From: Candidatus Poribacteria bacterium
Lineage (GTDB): Bacteria > Poribacteria > WGA-4E > PCPOR2b
Assembly: GCA_965218095.1 (NCBI GenBank)
Contig: OZ244587.1
Span: 4,765,203-4,829,202, forward strand
Reading direction: 5' to 3'
DNA: 64,000 bases
Of this stretch, positions 18,231 through 28,452 are shown piece by piece. A model generated the notes under the pieces. That model saw only the letters and a program-made list of their open reading frames with translations. It ran no database searches and was not told the DNA's origin. How positions within the stretch are numbered: the first letter of the stretch is position 1; the number at the start of each line of letters is the position of its first letter. Made by a program: the position numbers and the translations under genes.

Positions 18231-18541
18231 CGGTTGTAGGGGCAATGCCTTGTGCTTGCCCATAGTAGAGGTGAGATTGAAACCTACACGCCGCTGACAG
18301 TTCGATAGCGGTTGTAGGGGCAATGCCTTGTGCTTGCCCATAGTAGAGGTGAGATTGAAACCTACGCGCCACTGACAGTTCGATAGCGGTTGTAGGGGCA
18401 ATGCCTTGTGCTTGCCCATAGTAGAGGTGAGATTGAAACCTACGCGCCACTGACGGTTCGATAGCGGTTGTAGGGGCAATGCCTTGTGCTTGCCCATAGT
18501 AGAGGTGAGATTGAAACCTACGCGCCACTGACGGTTCAATA
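18194..18541 (+). repeat. 78-bp tandem repeat, about 4.4 copies, starting inside the last codons of cas4-cas1
   Basis: Unit GAGATTGAAACCTAC(A/G)CGCC(G/A)CTGAC(A/G)GTTCGATAGCGGTTGTAGGGGCAATGCCTTGTGCTTGCCCATAGTAGAGGT, with starts at 18194, 18272, 18350, 18428 and 18506. Each unit contains two hairpins and the 11-mer GAGATTGAAAC, identical to the 3' end of the CRISPR repeat. Confidence 0.9.
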
Positions 18542-18561
18542 GGCTGTCGGAGGAGAAACCG

Positions 18562-18834
18562 ATGTTTTACGCAGTTGCCTATGATATTACCAATGACCGG
18601 CGGCGAAACGCAGTTGCCAAAATTTTGCTAGATTTCGGCACACGCATCCAATATAGTATATTTGAGTGCAACACCGATCGACGCGCTTACCTCCGGCTAC
18701 AAGATCGGCTTCAGGATGCCATCAATCCCAAGGAGGATGCTGTGACTTTCTATCATCTCTGCCGGTCCTGCGAGAAGGGGATCGAACGGATTGGTATCAA
18801 AAAAGGAATTGACAAAGCCGCGTATATCGTTTAG
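18562..18834 (+). CDS. cas2: Cas2
   Basis: MFYAVAYDITNDRRRNAVAKILLDFGTRIQYSIFEC is canonical Cas2. 90 aa. GGAGGAG RBS. Confidence 0.85.
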   Translation: MFYAVAYDITNDRRRNAVAKILLDFGTRIQYSIFECNTDRRAYLRLQDRLQDAINPKEDAVTFYHLCRSCEKGIERIGIKKGIDKAAYIV

Positions 18835-19066
18835 CATCCAAATCGGGCATAAGGGCATTCGGGTTCGGAAAACTCAACTGTCAACCGCTGAGCTAACAAA
18901 AAGCGAAGTGTCCGACAGGATCGGTGAAGAGACTGTTATGATAGGGGTTTGACGATGTACCTTTTTGAAAATCGCCCATTTCAACTGGATCAACAACTGA
19001 AACATCCAAGTCTGACAGAAAGCAGTGTTCAAAATGCTTGCTGTTACTGGCTTTCAAATGGTCGCT
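18835..19066 (+). promoter_or_regulatory. CRISPR leader region
   Basis: Non-coding 230 bp between cas2 and the first repeat. The conserved repeats are at this end; the degenerate repeats are at the far end. Confidence 0.6.
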
Positions 19067-22000
19067 CGATCAATGATAAGAATCTCGATTACGAGATTGA
19101 AACGCAAATATCGTGAAAATGGCGGGGTTGTATGGGTGGACGATCAATGATAAGAATCTCGATTACGAGATTGAAACATGTCAACGAAACGGTACAACAA
19201 CTCGCCGATGATGCGATCAATGATAAGAATCTCGATTACGAGATTGAAACGTAAAAGGTGGGAGATGCCCCCAGCTGGGTTGCTGGGCGATCAATGATAA
19301 GAATCTCGATTACGAGATTGAAACTACATTAATAATGAGCCGCTCCGCGACTTTGGTGGTGACGATCAATGATAAGAATCTCGATTACGAGATTGAAACA
19401 AATATCATCGGGATGATCTACCAATTTATCCGCAATCGATCAATGATAAGAATCTCGATTACGAGATTGAAACCAACGCTCGGGTTGCGACATCGACACT
19501 CCCAAACCCTCGATCAATGATAAGAATCTCGATTACGAGATTGAAACGCATCAGTAATGATATACTCCGACGAAGCGAACCTGTCCGATCAATGATAAGA
19601 ATCTCGATTACGAGATTGAAACTACATTATGATAGCAATGGCAACCACAACGGCTATACGATCAATGATAAGAATCTCGATTACGAGATTGAAACTCACC
19701 GGTGCTAACGACATCCGACGGAATACCCGGCTCGATCAATGATAAGAATCTCGATTACGAGATTGAAACCAGGTGAGGGAATCGCTTTCAGATCGCGAGA
19801 TACGCACGATCAATGATAAGAATCTCGATTACGAGATTGAAACATAATCCTCAGCATCATACGCTTCAAACGGTTTAATCGATCAATGATAAGAATCTCG
19901 ATTACGAGATTGAAACGGAACGCCGGCGCTGCATACAGTGTTTAATCGCGCCTTCGATCAATGATAAGAATCTCGATTACGAGATTGAAACACTGCCATG
20001 CTTTCCAGAGAGTCATAGTGCGGTCGCCGATCAATGATAAGAATCTCGATTACGAGATTGAAACTGAGACAACCTGTACTTTTCAATCCTCCAGTGAACA
20101 CCGATCAATGATAAGAATCTCGATTACGAGATTGAAACGACAAAGAGCGGATCAGAACTCTCCTCAGTATCCCCGATCAATGATAAGAATCTCGATTACG
20201 AGATTGAAACGACAGCCTCCGAGAAGAAGCCCGACGACTCAACATCACCCCCGCGATCAATGATAAGAATCTCGATTACGAGATTGAAACCTGGGTGGAA
20301 CGGCGCAATGGGATAGCGACGAATTTCGACGATCAATGATAAGAATCTCGATTACGAGATTGAAACACATGGCATGGAAACTCGGGCTGATGGGAATCTG
20401 GGATCGATCAATGATAAGAATCTCGATTACGAGATTGAAACAAGTCCAAAATCGTCCCGTCCAGCAACAACACCTCTAAAACGATCAATGATAAGAATCT
20501 CGATTACGAGATTGAAACAGAGATTCGCTGGGAATTAGGCGCATCCTCATCGAGGCGATCAATGATAAGAATCTCGATTACGAGATTGAAACTACCACGA
20601 CCGCGAAGGGCGCCCCCGACAGTATCTTCCGATCAATGATAAGAATCTCGATTACGAGATTGAAACCAAGTACCACTTCGATGTTGCCACTCACCGTCGC
20701 GGTGTTCGATCAATGATAAGAATCTCGATTACGAGATTGAAACCAGCAAGTCAGGGTACGATTTGCGAGTCTGCCCGATGACGATCAATGATAAGAATCT
20801 CGATTACGAGATTGAAACAAAACGGTAGGACCAACAACGAAATTTGGACAGGCAGCTCGATCAATGATAAGAATCTCGATTACGAGATTGAAACTGTAAA
20901 CGATAATGACGATCTTGAAGTCGGCACACAATTCGATCAATGATAAGAATCTCGATTACGAGATTGAAACAGCTATAACCAAGACCGCATCCTGATTCCG
21001 ATGGAGATTCGATCAATGATAAGAATCTCGATTACGAGATTGAAACAAGTCCAAAATCGTCCCGTCCAGCAACAACACCTCTAAAACGATCAATGATAAG
21101 AATCTCGATTACGAGATTGAAACGACTGAGTTCTATCGAGAATACCCGTCAACGCCGGAGGACGATCAATGATAAGAATCTCGATTACGAGATTGAAACT
21201 CCCCGTCGTCGCCGCAGACAGCGCACCCGACGCCCCGATCAATGATAAGAATCTCGATTACGAGATTGAAACGCGAAACGTGCGATTTCTCTGCCGAAGC
21301 GGATGGAGATACGATCAATGATAAGAATCTCGATTACGAGATTGAAACCAGCGAATATCTTGGGACCCATCCTCTGCTGATCGTATCATCGATCAATGAT
21401 AAGAATCTCGATTACGAGATTGAAACGAAGGGCACACCATTGATGTACAATCGATAATCGAACTCGATCAATGATAAGAATCTCGATTACGAGATTGAAA
21501 CCACTGGGGCATCCATCAGTACCGATTGAGATATACGAATCGATCAATGATAAGAATCTCGATTACGAGATTGAAACTTGTGATCCACCTGCGCCCATCG
21601 CGCTATCTGCCTGTCGATCAATGATAAGAATCTCGATTACGAGATTGAAACACAGGCACGATTTCAGGAAAGACGGTCATCCCGTTTGACGATCAATGAT
21701 AAGAATCTCGATTACGAGATTGAAACGAGATTCAACAGATCCCGCGCTGCACCCCGCCGTCCCGACGATCAATGATAAGAATCTCGATTACGAGATTGAA
21801 ACTACCATGCCAGAAATAGCGGTTCAAAGTTGCTTTCGCGATCAATGATAAGAATCTCGATTACGAGATTGAAACACAGACGCATCATCGGTATCGGGGT
21901 CAACCACCGCTTCCGATCAATGATAAGAATCTCGATTACGAGATTGAAACTTCTATAATCCAAATAGTTCAAAAATACTCAGTGTTCGATCAATGATAAG

Positions 22001-23940
22001 AATCTCGATTACGAGATTGAAACCGTTGAAAGGTGGGAATATGGCAAAGATTCAATTAGGCGATCAATGATAAGAATCTCGATTACGAGATTGAAACAAC
22101 ATCATCAAACGGCAGGATAAATTCACCCGATGTTGCGATCAATGATAAGAATCTCGATTACGAGATTGAAACTCAAGGCATTTACTCCTTCGAGGGATGG
22201 CGGGCTGAGGAGCGATCAATGATAAGAATCTCGATTACGAGATTGAAACCAGTGGCTGCTTCGTTGCGCGGATACCACCGCTTGCGATCAATGATAAGAA
22301 TCTCGATTACGAGATTGAAACGCGGCGGTGAGTTACTTTCCCTTGTTCAATCCGGCTACCCGATCAATGATAAGAATCTCGATTACGAGATTGAAACCGG
22401 AACTGGATCAACTGACTGAGCAGGGTAAGCAGAACGATCAATGATAAGAATCTCGATTACGAGATTGAAACTAACGTCTCGCGTCTCATGTTCCGCGTCT
22501 GCCGGTGCGATCAATGATAAGAATCTCGATTACGAGATTGAAACTGGTGCGCAAGTGCTGGGTGCGCGTGCGGGTCGTGCCAAGCGATCAATGATAAGAA
22601 TCTCGATTACGAGATTGAAACAGCCGTTGGTATCACGTCTTTGTGGGTTTCGTCAACGATCAATGATAAGAATCTCGATTACGAGATTGAAACGAAACCA
22701 ATAATCGTGTACCATTTTTGATACGATTCGCCACGATCAATGATAAGAATCTCGATTACGAGATTGAAACTCTGAAGATTTCAGCGTTATCAATCAAATA
22801 CGCTTTACGATCAATGATAAGAATCTCGATTACGAGATTGAAACAGAAATGACTTCCCATTCGGAACGTGGCAAGTTTATACGATCAACGATAAGACACT
22901 CGATTGCGAGATTGAAACAAACCCAAACCAGAGGCATGGATAAAGTGTGGATAACGATCAACGATAAGAATCTCGATTACGAGATTGAAACATGAATGAA
23001 CACCACCAGAAGATTTGTTGATGGCTGTACGATCAACGATAAGAATCTCGATTACGAGATTGAAGCTGCTGAGCTCTCACCATGTGGAAGTCGGCGTGAA
23101 GCGATCAACGATAAGACACTCGATTACGAGATTGAAACTTCCCACACCTCTCGTGGCAGTGTCTGAGGTTCAGGGAACGATCAACGATAAGACACTCGAT
23201 TGCGAGATTGAAACGGGGGTGGTATTGTATTTGTTGCGTGAGTCCGTGTTTTCGATCAACGATAAGAATCTCGATTACGAGATTGAAACCCGCAGCCGGC
23301 GGAGCGGAGAATACAGCGCATTCAACGATCAATGATAAGAATCTCGATTACGAGATTGAAACTTATCAGACAGTACCACTTCAAGCCCATTTAATCTGCG
23401 ATCAACGATAAGAATCTCGATTACGAGATTGAAACAGCGGTGCAAACCGATTAAGGCGCCAGGCCTCGAACAACGATCAACGATAAGAATCTCAATTACG
23501 AGATTGAAACATGGTAGAGGGTAAGAAAGCTCACCAGATGGAGATCGCCGCCGATCAACGATAAGACACTCGATTGCGAGATTGAAACAGTTTCGATTTG
23601 ACTCCCATCAGTTTGACTCCTTTTTTTTGTGCATGCACAAGAAAATTCGCCGCACGATCAACGATAAGATTCTCGATTACGAGATTGAAACGTGGAAAAC
23701 AGATGAAATACAAAAAGCCATCGGAAACTCCCGATGCTTCTGTTGAAGTCGGCGTTGAAAAAGATGCTGTTGATGGATTCTCTTACGGTGTTCTGGAGCG
23801 AGTCACGGTATTGAGTCCATGCGGACCTCGGATCAGGGAATCGATACCTGTTGCCTCCCACGACGTAAGAAATGAAGCGCGAGTTGCGGCGGGGGAAACA
23901 GAACAACCTACGATAAGACTCTCGATTACGAGATTGAAAC
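19067..23940 (+). CRISPR. CRISPR array: about 65 copies of the 37-nt repeat CGATCAATGATAAGAATCTCGATTACGAGATTGAAAC, with spacers of about 34-38 nt
   Basis: Read directly. The repeat contains the hairpin AATCTCG-atta-CGAGATT followed by the ATTGAAAC 5'-handle. Repeats from about 22883 onward carry substitutions (CAACGAT, GACACTC, GATTGCG, GAAGC). The terminal relic repeat at 23909-23940 is preceded by an aberrant 217-bp interval. Confidence 0.97.
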
Positions 23941-24188
23941 ATAACCCTGACGGTTTTAATTCATTGCTTGTAACCGTTCAGGGGGTAGCGCTGGTCGAAT
24001 AGGCAGAACCGTATTGAGACCAACGAGTTTTTCACTTAGCTACCTCAGACCGACTGGAACCAGTAAATATGCGGGTTTGAGAACAGAATATTCGACTCGC
24101 AGGACACTGATTATGACTGAATTCCTGCCATAACTGAAAAAGTTGTATTTCTAACCAGAAATTACTGACAAAGAGGTTCAAAAGTCAA

Positions 24189-25361
24189 TTGAAATTTGAC
24201 GCCCAGCGAGCGTATTATTATATTGCCCAGCTTGCCTTTCCAAGGGCGGTTGGCAGCGCGGGAAAATCCAAAGCACGGGCTTATATCGTCAAGCAACTTA
24301 CACAGCTCGGATTAAGCGTGGAGCAGGAGGCGTTTGACTTTACCTTATTTCCCGCCGAGGTCTTGCCTCGCTTGATCTCGGCGGCCTACACCGTTGGCGT
24401 GATAGGCGTTTGCTGGCTGAGTGGCAACCGACCAACAGGCGCCAGCCTTTTATGCGTCGGTATGTTGGTGATTGCCCTATCGCTAACGCGCTGGCAGAAA
24501 AGACTGGAATGGCTCTATAATGTTGGCAGAGCACACACGTCAAAAAATATCGTCGCCACAAGTACGCCATCTATTGGTGCAAATTTCGATTTCATCTTCG
24601 TCGCGCATTACGACTCCAAGTCGCAGGTGCTGTCGATTGCAGTGAGGGCGTTATGTTATTATGTTGCCGTCGTTGGTTTAATCGGATTGACGCTGCTAAT
24701 GCTCATTCAGATGTCTCCTTTGAAGGTCACATTGTCCTTGCCTTTGATCTGGCCGATTGGTGTCTCTATCTGTCTTTGCCTCCTGCTCTTGCAATTCAAC
24801 TTCACGCAAAACGGTTCCCCCGGCGCATTTGACAATGCCTCTGGTGTTGGTGTCTTGCTGGAGCTCGCCCGTTGCCTTGCAGCACAGCCGCTGACCAACA
24901 AGGTGCGCCTGACTTTCCTATCGCCAGGGGCTGAAGAGTACGGGATGTGCGGCGCCCTGCGCTACATCCAACGGCACGCGGAAACCTACCATCCGGATCG
25001 GACTTACGTCATCAACCTCGACAGCCTCGGCGCGAGCGGAAAACTGACCCTTATCACACGCTACGGAATTCCACCTGTGGCGACAAGCAGAAGCCTGGGT
25101 CAAGCCATTATCGCATACGGGAGGGAAATTGGCGTTGAAGTTTCGGAGATCTATTCGCTGACAGGTGTTGGATTCGATCAGATTCCAATTGCCAGTCGCG
25201 GATTTGAAGCTGTAACACTGTCGTCGGGCGGATTTGGTGGGGCTGCCTTAAAAATTCACTCCAAACGCGATCGAATCGATCTGATTCACGAGGACAGCTT
25301 ACAGCAGGTTGGGGATGTGCTCGTGCATTGTGTGGAACGGGAATACAAGATGCAGATCTGA
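24189..25361 (+). CDS. M28-family zinc aminopeptidase with internal membrane segments
   Basis: HYDS, DNASG and EE(Y) zinc-ligand blocks. Hydrophobic stretch in the middle. Confidence 0.65.
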   Translation: MKFDAQRAYYYIAQLAFPRAVGSAGKSKARAYIVKQLTQLGLSVEQEAFDFTLFPAEVLPRLISAAYTVGVIGVCWLSGNRPTGASLLCVGMLVIALSLTRWQKRLEWLYNVGRAHTSKNIVATSTPSIGANFDFIFVAHYDSKSQVLSIAVRALCYYVAVVGLIGLTLLMLIQMSPLKVTLSLPLIWPIGVSICLCLLLLQFNFTQNGSPGAFDNASGVGVLLELARCLAAQPLTNKVRLTFLSPGAEEYGMCGALRYIQRHAETYHPDRTYVINLDSLGASGKLTLITRYGIPPVATSRSLGQAIIAYGREIGVEVSEIYSLTGVGFDQIPIASRGFEAVTLSSGGFGGAALKIHSKRDRIDLIHEDSLQQVGDVLVHCVEREYKMQI

Positions 25362-25396
25362 ATCCTGAATCTCTGAATCCACGAAGGGTCATTCAA

Positions 25397-26038
25397 ATGC
25401 AAAATCACATGGAAGCAACCACGGGCGTCATCCTCGCCGGTGGATGCAGTCGCCGGATGGGGCAGAACAAGGCGTTGATGCGTTTGGGAAATGAGGCGAT
25501 CATCGCCCATGTCGTCCGCCAGATGCGAGCCGTCACAGATGAGCTCCTGCTAATCACGAATACGCCAGAACTATACGCTCATTTGGGCTTGCCGATGCAT
25601 GCGGATATCCTGTCAGACATGGGCACATTAGGCGGCATCTACACCGGGCTGACTTACGCTGTAAACAGCACCGCGCTCTGTGTCGGCTGCGATATGCCAC
25701 TGTTGCAGCCGAATCTCTTATCTCACCTGATTGCCATCTTGGGAGAATATGATGCTGTCGTTCCATGCGTGAAAAAAGTTAATCGACCTGTCCCCATCTT
25801 CCAAACGCTATCCGCCGTTTATTCCAAACGGTGTTTGCCGGTCATCGATCAGATGCTCGCGGAGGGAGAATTGCGCGTTCATGCGCTGTACGAGCGAATC
25901 TCCGTCCGTATCGTCGAACCCAATGAATGGCAGGCGCTTGATTTACAGGGACTGTCGTTTTTCAATATTAACACACCTGAAGATTTTGAAAAAGCAAAGC
26001 AGATGAAGATGGAGGGAAATGGCCATGCTAAGTGTTGA
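25397..26038 (+). CDS. mobA: Molybdenum cofactor guanylyltransferase MobA
   Basis: GVILAGGCSRRMGQNKAL motif. The start is taken at Met 25397; the ORF track extends to 25328. Confidence 0.8.
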   Translation: MQNHMEATTGVILAGGCSRRMGQNKALMRLGNEAIIAHVVRQMRAVTDELLLITNTPELYAHLGLPMHADILSDMGTLGGIYTGLTYAVNSTALCVGCDMPLLQPNLLSHLIAILGEYDAVVPCVKKVNRPVPIFQTLSAVYSKRCLPVIDQMLAEGELRVHALYERISVRIVEPNEWQALDLQGLSFFNINTPEDFEKAKQMKMEGNGHAKC

Positions 26039-27227
26039 AGAAGCGCGTAAACGAATGCTGGACACCATTACCGTTTTATCCACAGAGACGTGCAGCATTT
26101 CAGACAGCCTTGGGTATGTGCTTGCCGAGGGTGTCTATGCCAGCGAGAACATACCACCGTTTCACAACTCAGCGATGGATGGCTTCGCTGTGATTGCCGA
26201 AGATATATCAAACGCTTCCAAAGATTGCCCGGCCCAGCTTTCAGTCATTGAAATCATCCCGGCGGGATATGCGCCGACTAAGCGAGTTGTGCGGGGACAA
26301 GCGGCGCAAATCATGACCGGCGCCATGATGCCCGAAGGTGCGGATGCCGTTGTGATGAAGGAAGTGACGCAGTTGGAAGGGGATGAAGTCACAATCTTTG
26401 AGGGGATAGAAAAAGATGGAAACGTCCGGTTCACAGGCGAAAGTGTGAAGCAGGGCGATCTGGTCATGTCCAGAGGGAAGCTCATCCGTCCGCAGGAGAT
26501 CGCGATGTTTGCTTCGCTGAACCGATCGGAAGTGAAAGTTTACAGATGTCCAAAAGTCGCGGTGGTTTCCACGGGCGATGAGCTCACGCCGCTCGGCGAG
26601 GCGCTGAAGCCGGGTAAGATTCGGGATAGCAACCGCTACGGCATCTGCGCACAGATCGAAGAGGCGGGGTGTTATCCGATTGACATGGGAATTGCCCGTG
26701 ATGATGAGGCAGAGACAGAACGCAAGTTCCGCGATGCGTTGGATCAGGCGGACGCGCTCATCACCAGCGGCGGCGTTTCTGTTGGAGAATACGATGTGGT
26801 CAAAACGGTGCTATCCAGGCTCGGTGAGATCAATTTCTGGCGAGTGGCGATGAAGCCGGGAAAACCGCAGGCTTACGGCATCGCTGACGGCAAGCCAATC
26901 TTCGGATTGCCGGGGAATCCGGTGTCTTCGCTGGTTGTGTTTGAGCTCTTTGTCCGTCCAGCTCTGCTCAAAATGGCGGGTCACGCCAGCCTACTTCGTC
27001 CGACCTTCAAAGCAGTTTTGGAAGAAGGTGTCGTCAACAGAGATGGGCGGGTCAGCTATATGCGGTCGATCATCACACCGTGTGACGGGAAGTATTACGC
27101 GAAGACGACGGGACCACAGGGTTCGGGCATCCTCTACTCACTTGTCTTGGCGAATGGCTTTATTGTTATTCCGCCGGGAGCAGCGATGAAGGCTGGCGAA
27201 GTCGTGGAAGCGCAGTTTATGGGATAA
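26019..27227 (+). CDS. moeA: Molybdopterin molybdotransferase MoeA
   Basis: MoeA N-terminal, MoCF-binding (GGVSVGEYD) and C-terminal domains. Overlaps the mobA stop. Confidence 0.85.
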   Translation: MAMLSVEEARKRMLDTITVLSTETCSISDSLGYVLAEGVYASENIPPFHNSAMDGFAVIAEDISNASKDCPAQLSVIEIIPAGYAPTKRVVRGQAAQIMTGAMMPEGADAVVMKEVTQLEGDEVTIFEGIEKDGNVRFTGESVKQGDLVMSRGKLIRPQEIAMFASLNRSEVKVYRCPKVAVVSTGDELTPLGEALKPGKIRDSNRYGICAQIEEAGCYPIDMGIARDDEAETERKFRDALDQADALITSGGVSVGEYDVVKTVLSRLGEINFWRVAMKPGKPQAYGIADGKPIFGLPGNPVSSLVVFELFVRPALLKMAGHASLLRPTFKAVLEEGVVNRDGRVSYMRSIITPCDGKYYAKTTGPQGSGILYSLVLANGFIVIPPGAAMKAGEVVEAQFMG

Positions 27228-27573
27228 GCATGGGTTTGTGCTCGCGTTAAGGAATGGTCACCTGCATTTGCTGAAGTATCGCGATCGGGGGCCCTGTAGA
27301 TCAGGAAGGCGAACACGATTGTATGGTTCTGGAGGATTCTGCAGCAAAGCCTGAAATTGTGTTCTAATTTCAGGGAGGTAGCGGTTATAATTTGTCACCA
27401 TTCGTCCATCTGTTGATGTTCACTATCCCCGAAGGACTTGTTTGATGCTTGCGTCGCTTGGATCTACTTCGATAACCAAATCACCACAACGGCGTCCTAC
27501 ATAATCCTTTACCTCCGATCGCAAGGGACGCGCAATCTATGTGCTTTCCTGCTATTCATCACGTTTCACGCAT

Positions 27574-28406
27574 CACGCCTCCGGTATCTCGATCGGCAGA
27601 TCCAGCCGATCTCCCCACTCTTTCCACGACCCAATATAGTTGCTGACTTTCGGGTAGCCCAAAAGCCGCAGCGCTAGATAGCCGTGGGAAGAGCGGTATC
27701 CGCCCTGTCAGTAGGACATGACGCACTTTTCTGGCGTAATGCCTGCGGACTCGTAGAGCGTTCGGAGTTCAGCGGCAGGTTTGAACATGCCACCTTCGTC
27801 CAAGTTGTTGAGCCATTCGATATGGATGGAGCCGGGAATCGCGCCCCCTCGCGCAGATCTCGCAACGTGTGCGTAGTGCTCCGCATCGGTGCGCGTATCG
27901 AGGACAGCAAAGTCATCTTGATTGAGCATGGCATGGATGGTATCTGCGTCTATATGGGCGTCCGGTTTTGCATCGGTCGGGAATGACGGAACATCCGATG
28001 GCTCGACGCCTTCGGTGCTTATTCCTCCTCCTGCGGCGAGCCAAGCACTGAATCCACCGTCTAACACGCGGACATCTTCGTGCCCCAAATACTCGCAGAA
28101 CCAGAACCCACGTGCAGCACAAACGCCCGACGTGTTTTCGTACCAAACGATTGTTTTTGTCGGGTCAACCCCACGGTCTCGGAAAAGGTAAGCGATCATC
28201 CACATAAAAGCGTTGAACGGCTTTTCGCTCGTGTCGTTGAGACTGATTGCGAACAGATCGAGATGAATTGCGCCGGGGATATGCCTTTCGATATACTTGC
28301 GCGTTGGGCGCGTATCCACAATACATACTGAGCCATCGTCGAGTCGGTTCATCAATTCTTCGGCGGAAATCAGTAACTGTGGATTAACATAGCCTTTGTC
28401 ATTCAT
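27574..28406 (-). CDS. Tandem-domain rhodanese (thiosulfate/3-mercaptopyruvate sulfurtransferase) with an in-frame TGA at the catalytic Cys position. Candidate Sec-rhodanese, or a pseudogene
   Basis: The ORF track stops at the TGA (27708-27710) after ...PEKCVMSY. Continuing in frame gives [44 protein letters not shown]. The combined SY-[TGA]-QGGYRSSH aligns with the rhodanese active-site loop YC(R/Q)xGxRSS. Confidence 0.6.
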
Positions 28407-28452
28407 TGTGTGCTCCTTTTTTTAGGGTTTAGGGTTTAACGAATTCCCAAAG

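Noticed and set aside
18194-18541. Possible second CRISPR array between cas4-cas1 and cas2
   Set aside because: The would-be spacers are nearly identical in every unit (2-3 substitutions only) and the period is a uniform 78 bp. This is a tandem duplication of the cas1 3' end, not a repeat-spacer array. It is reported separately as a structured tandem repeat.
19335-24002. Numerous small + and - strand ORFs in the ORF track within 19.3-24.0 kb (for example the MIRISITRLK... products)
   Set aside because: They are translations of the CRISPR repeat itself (the repeat encodes RSMIRISITRLK in one frame). They have no independent start or RBS support. They are artefacts of the array.
27708-27710. 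Alternative genetic code (TGA or TAG recoded genome-wide) as the explanation for the in-frame TGA in the rhodanese gene and the in-frame TAG in hsdS
   Set aside because: Well-supported genes in the window terminate normally at TGA (for example cas3' and the rhodanese itself downstream) and at TAG (cas4-cas1, hisI). The two events are therefore gene-specific: Sec or pseudogene for the rhodanese, and a nonsense mutation in hsdS.
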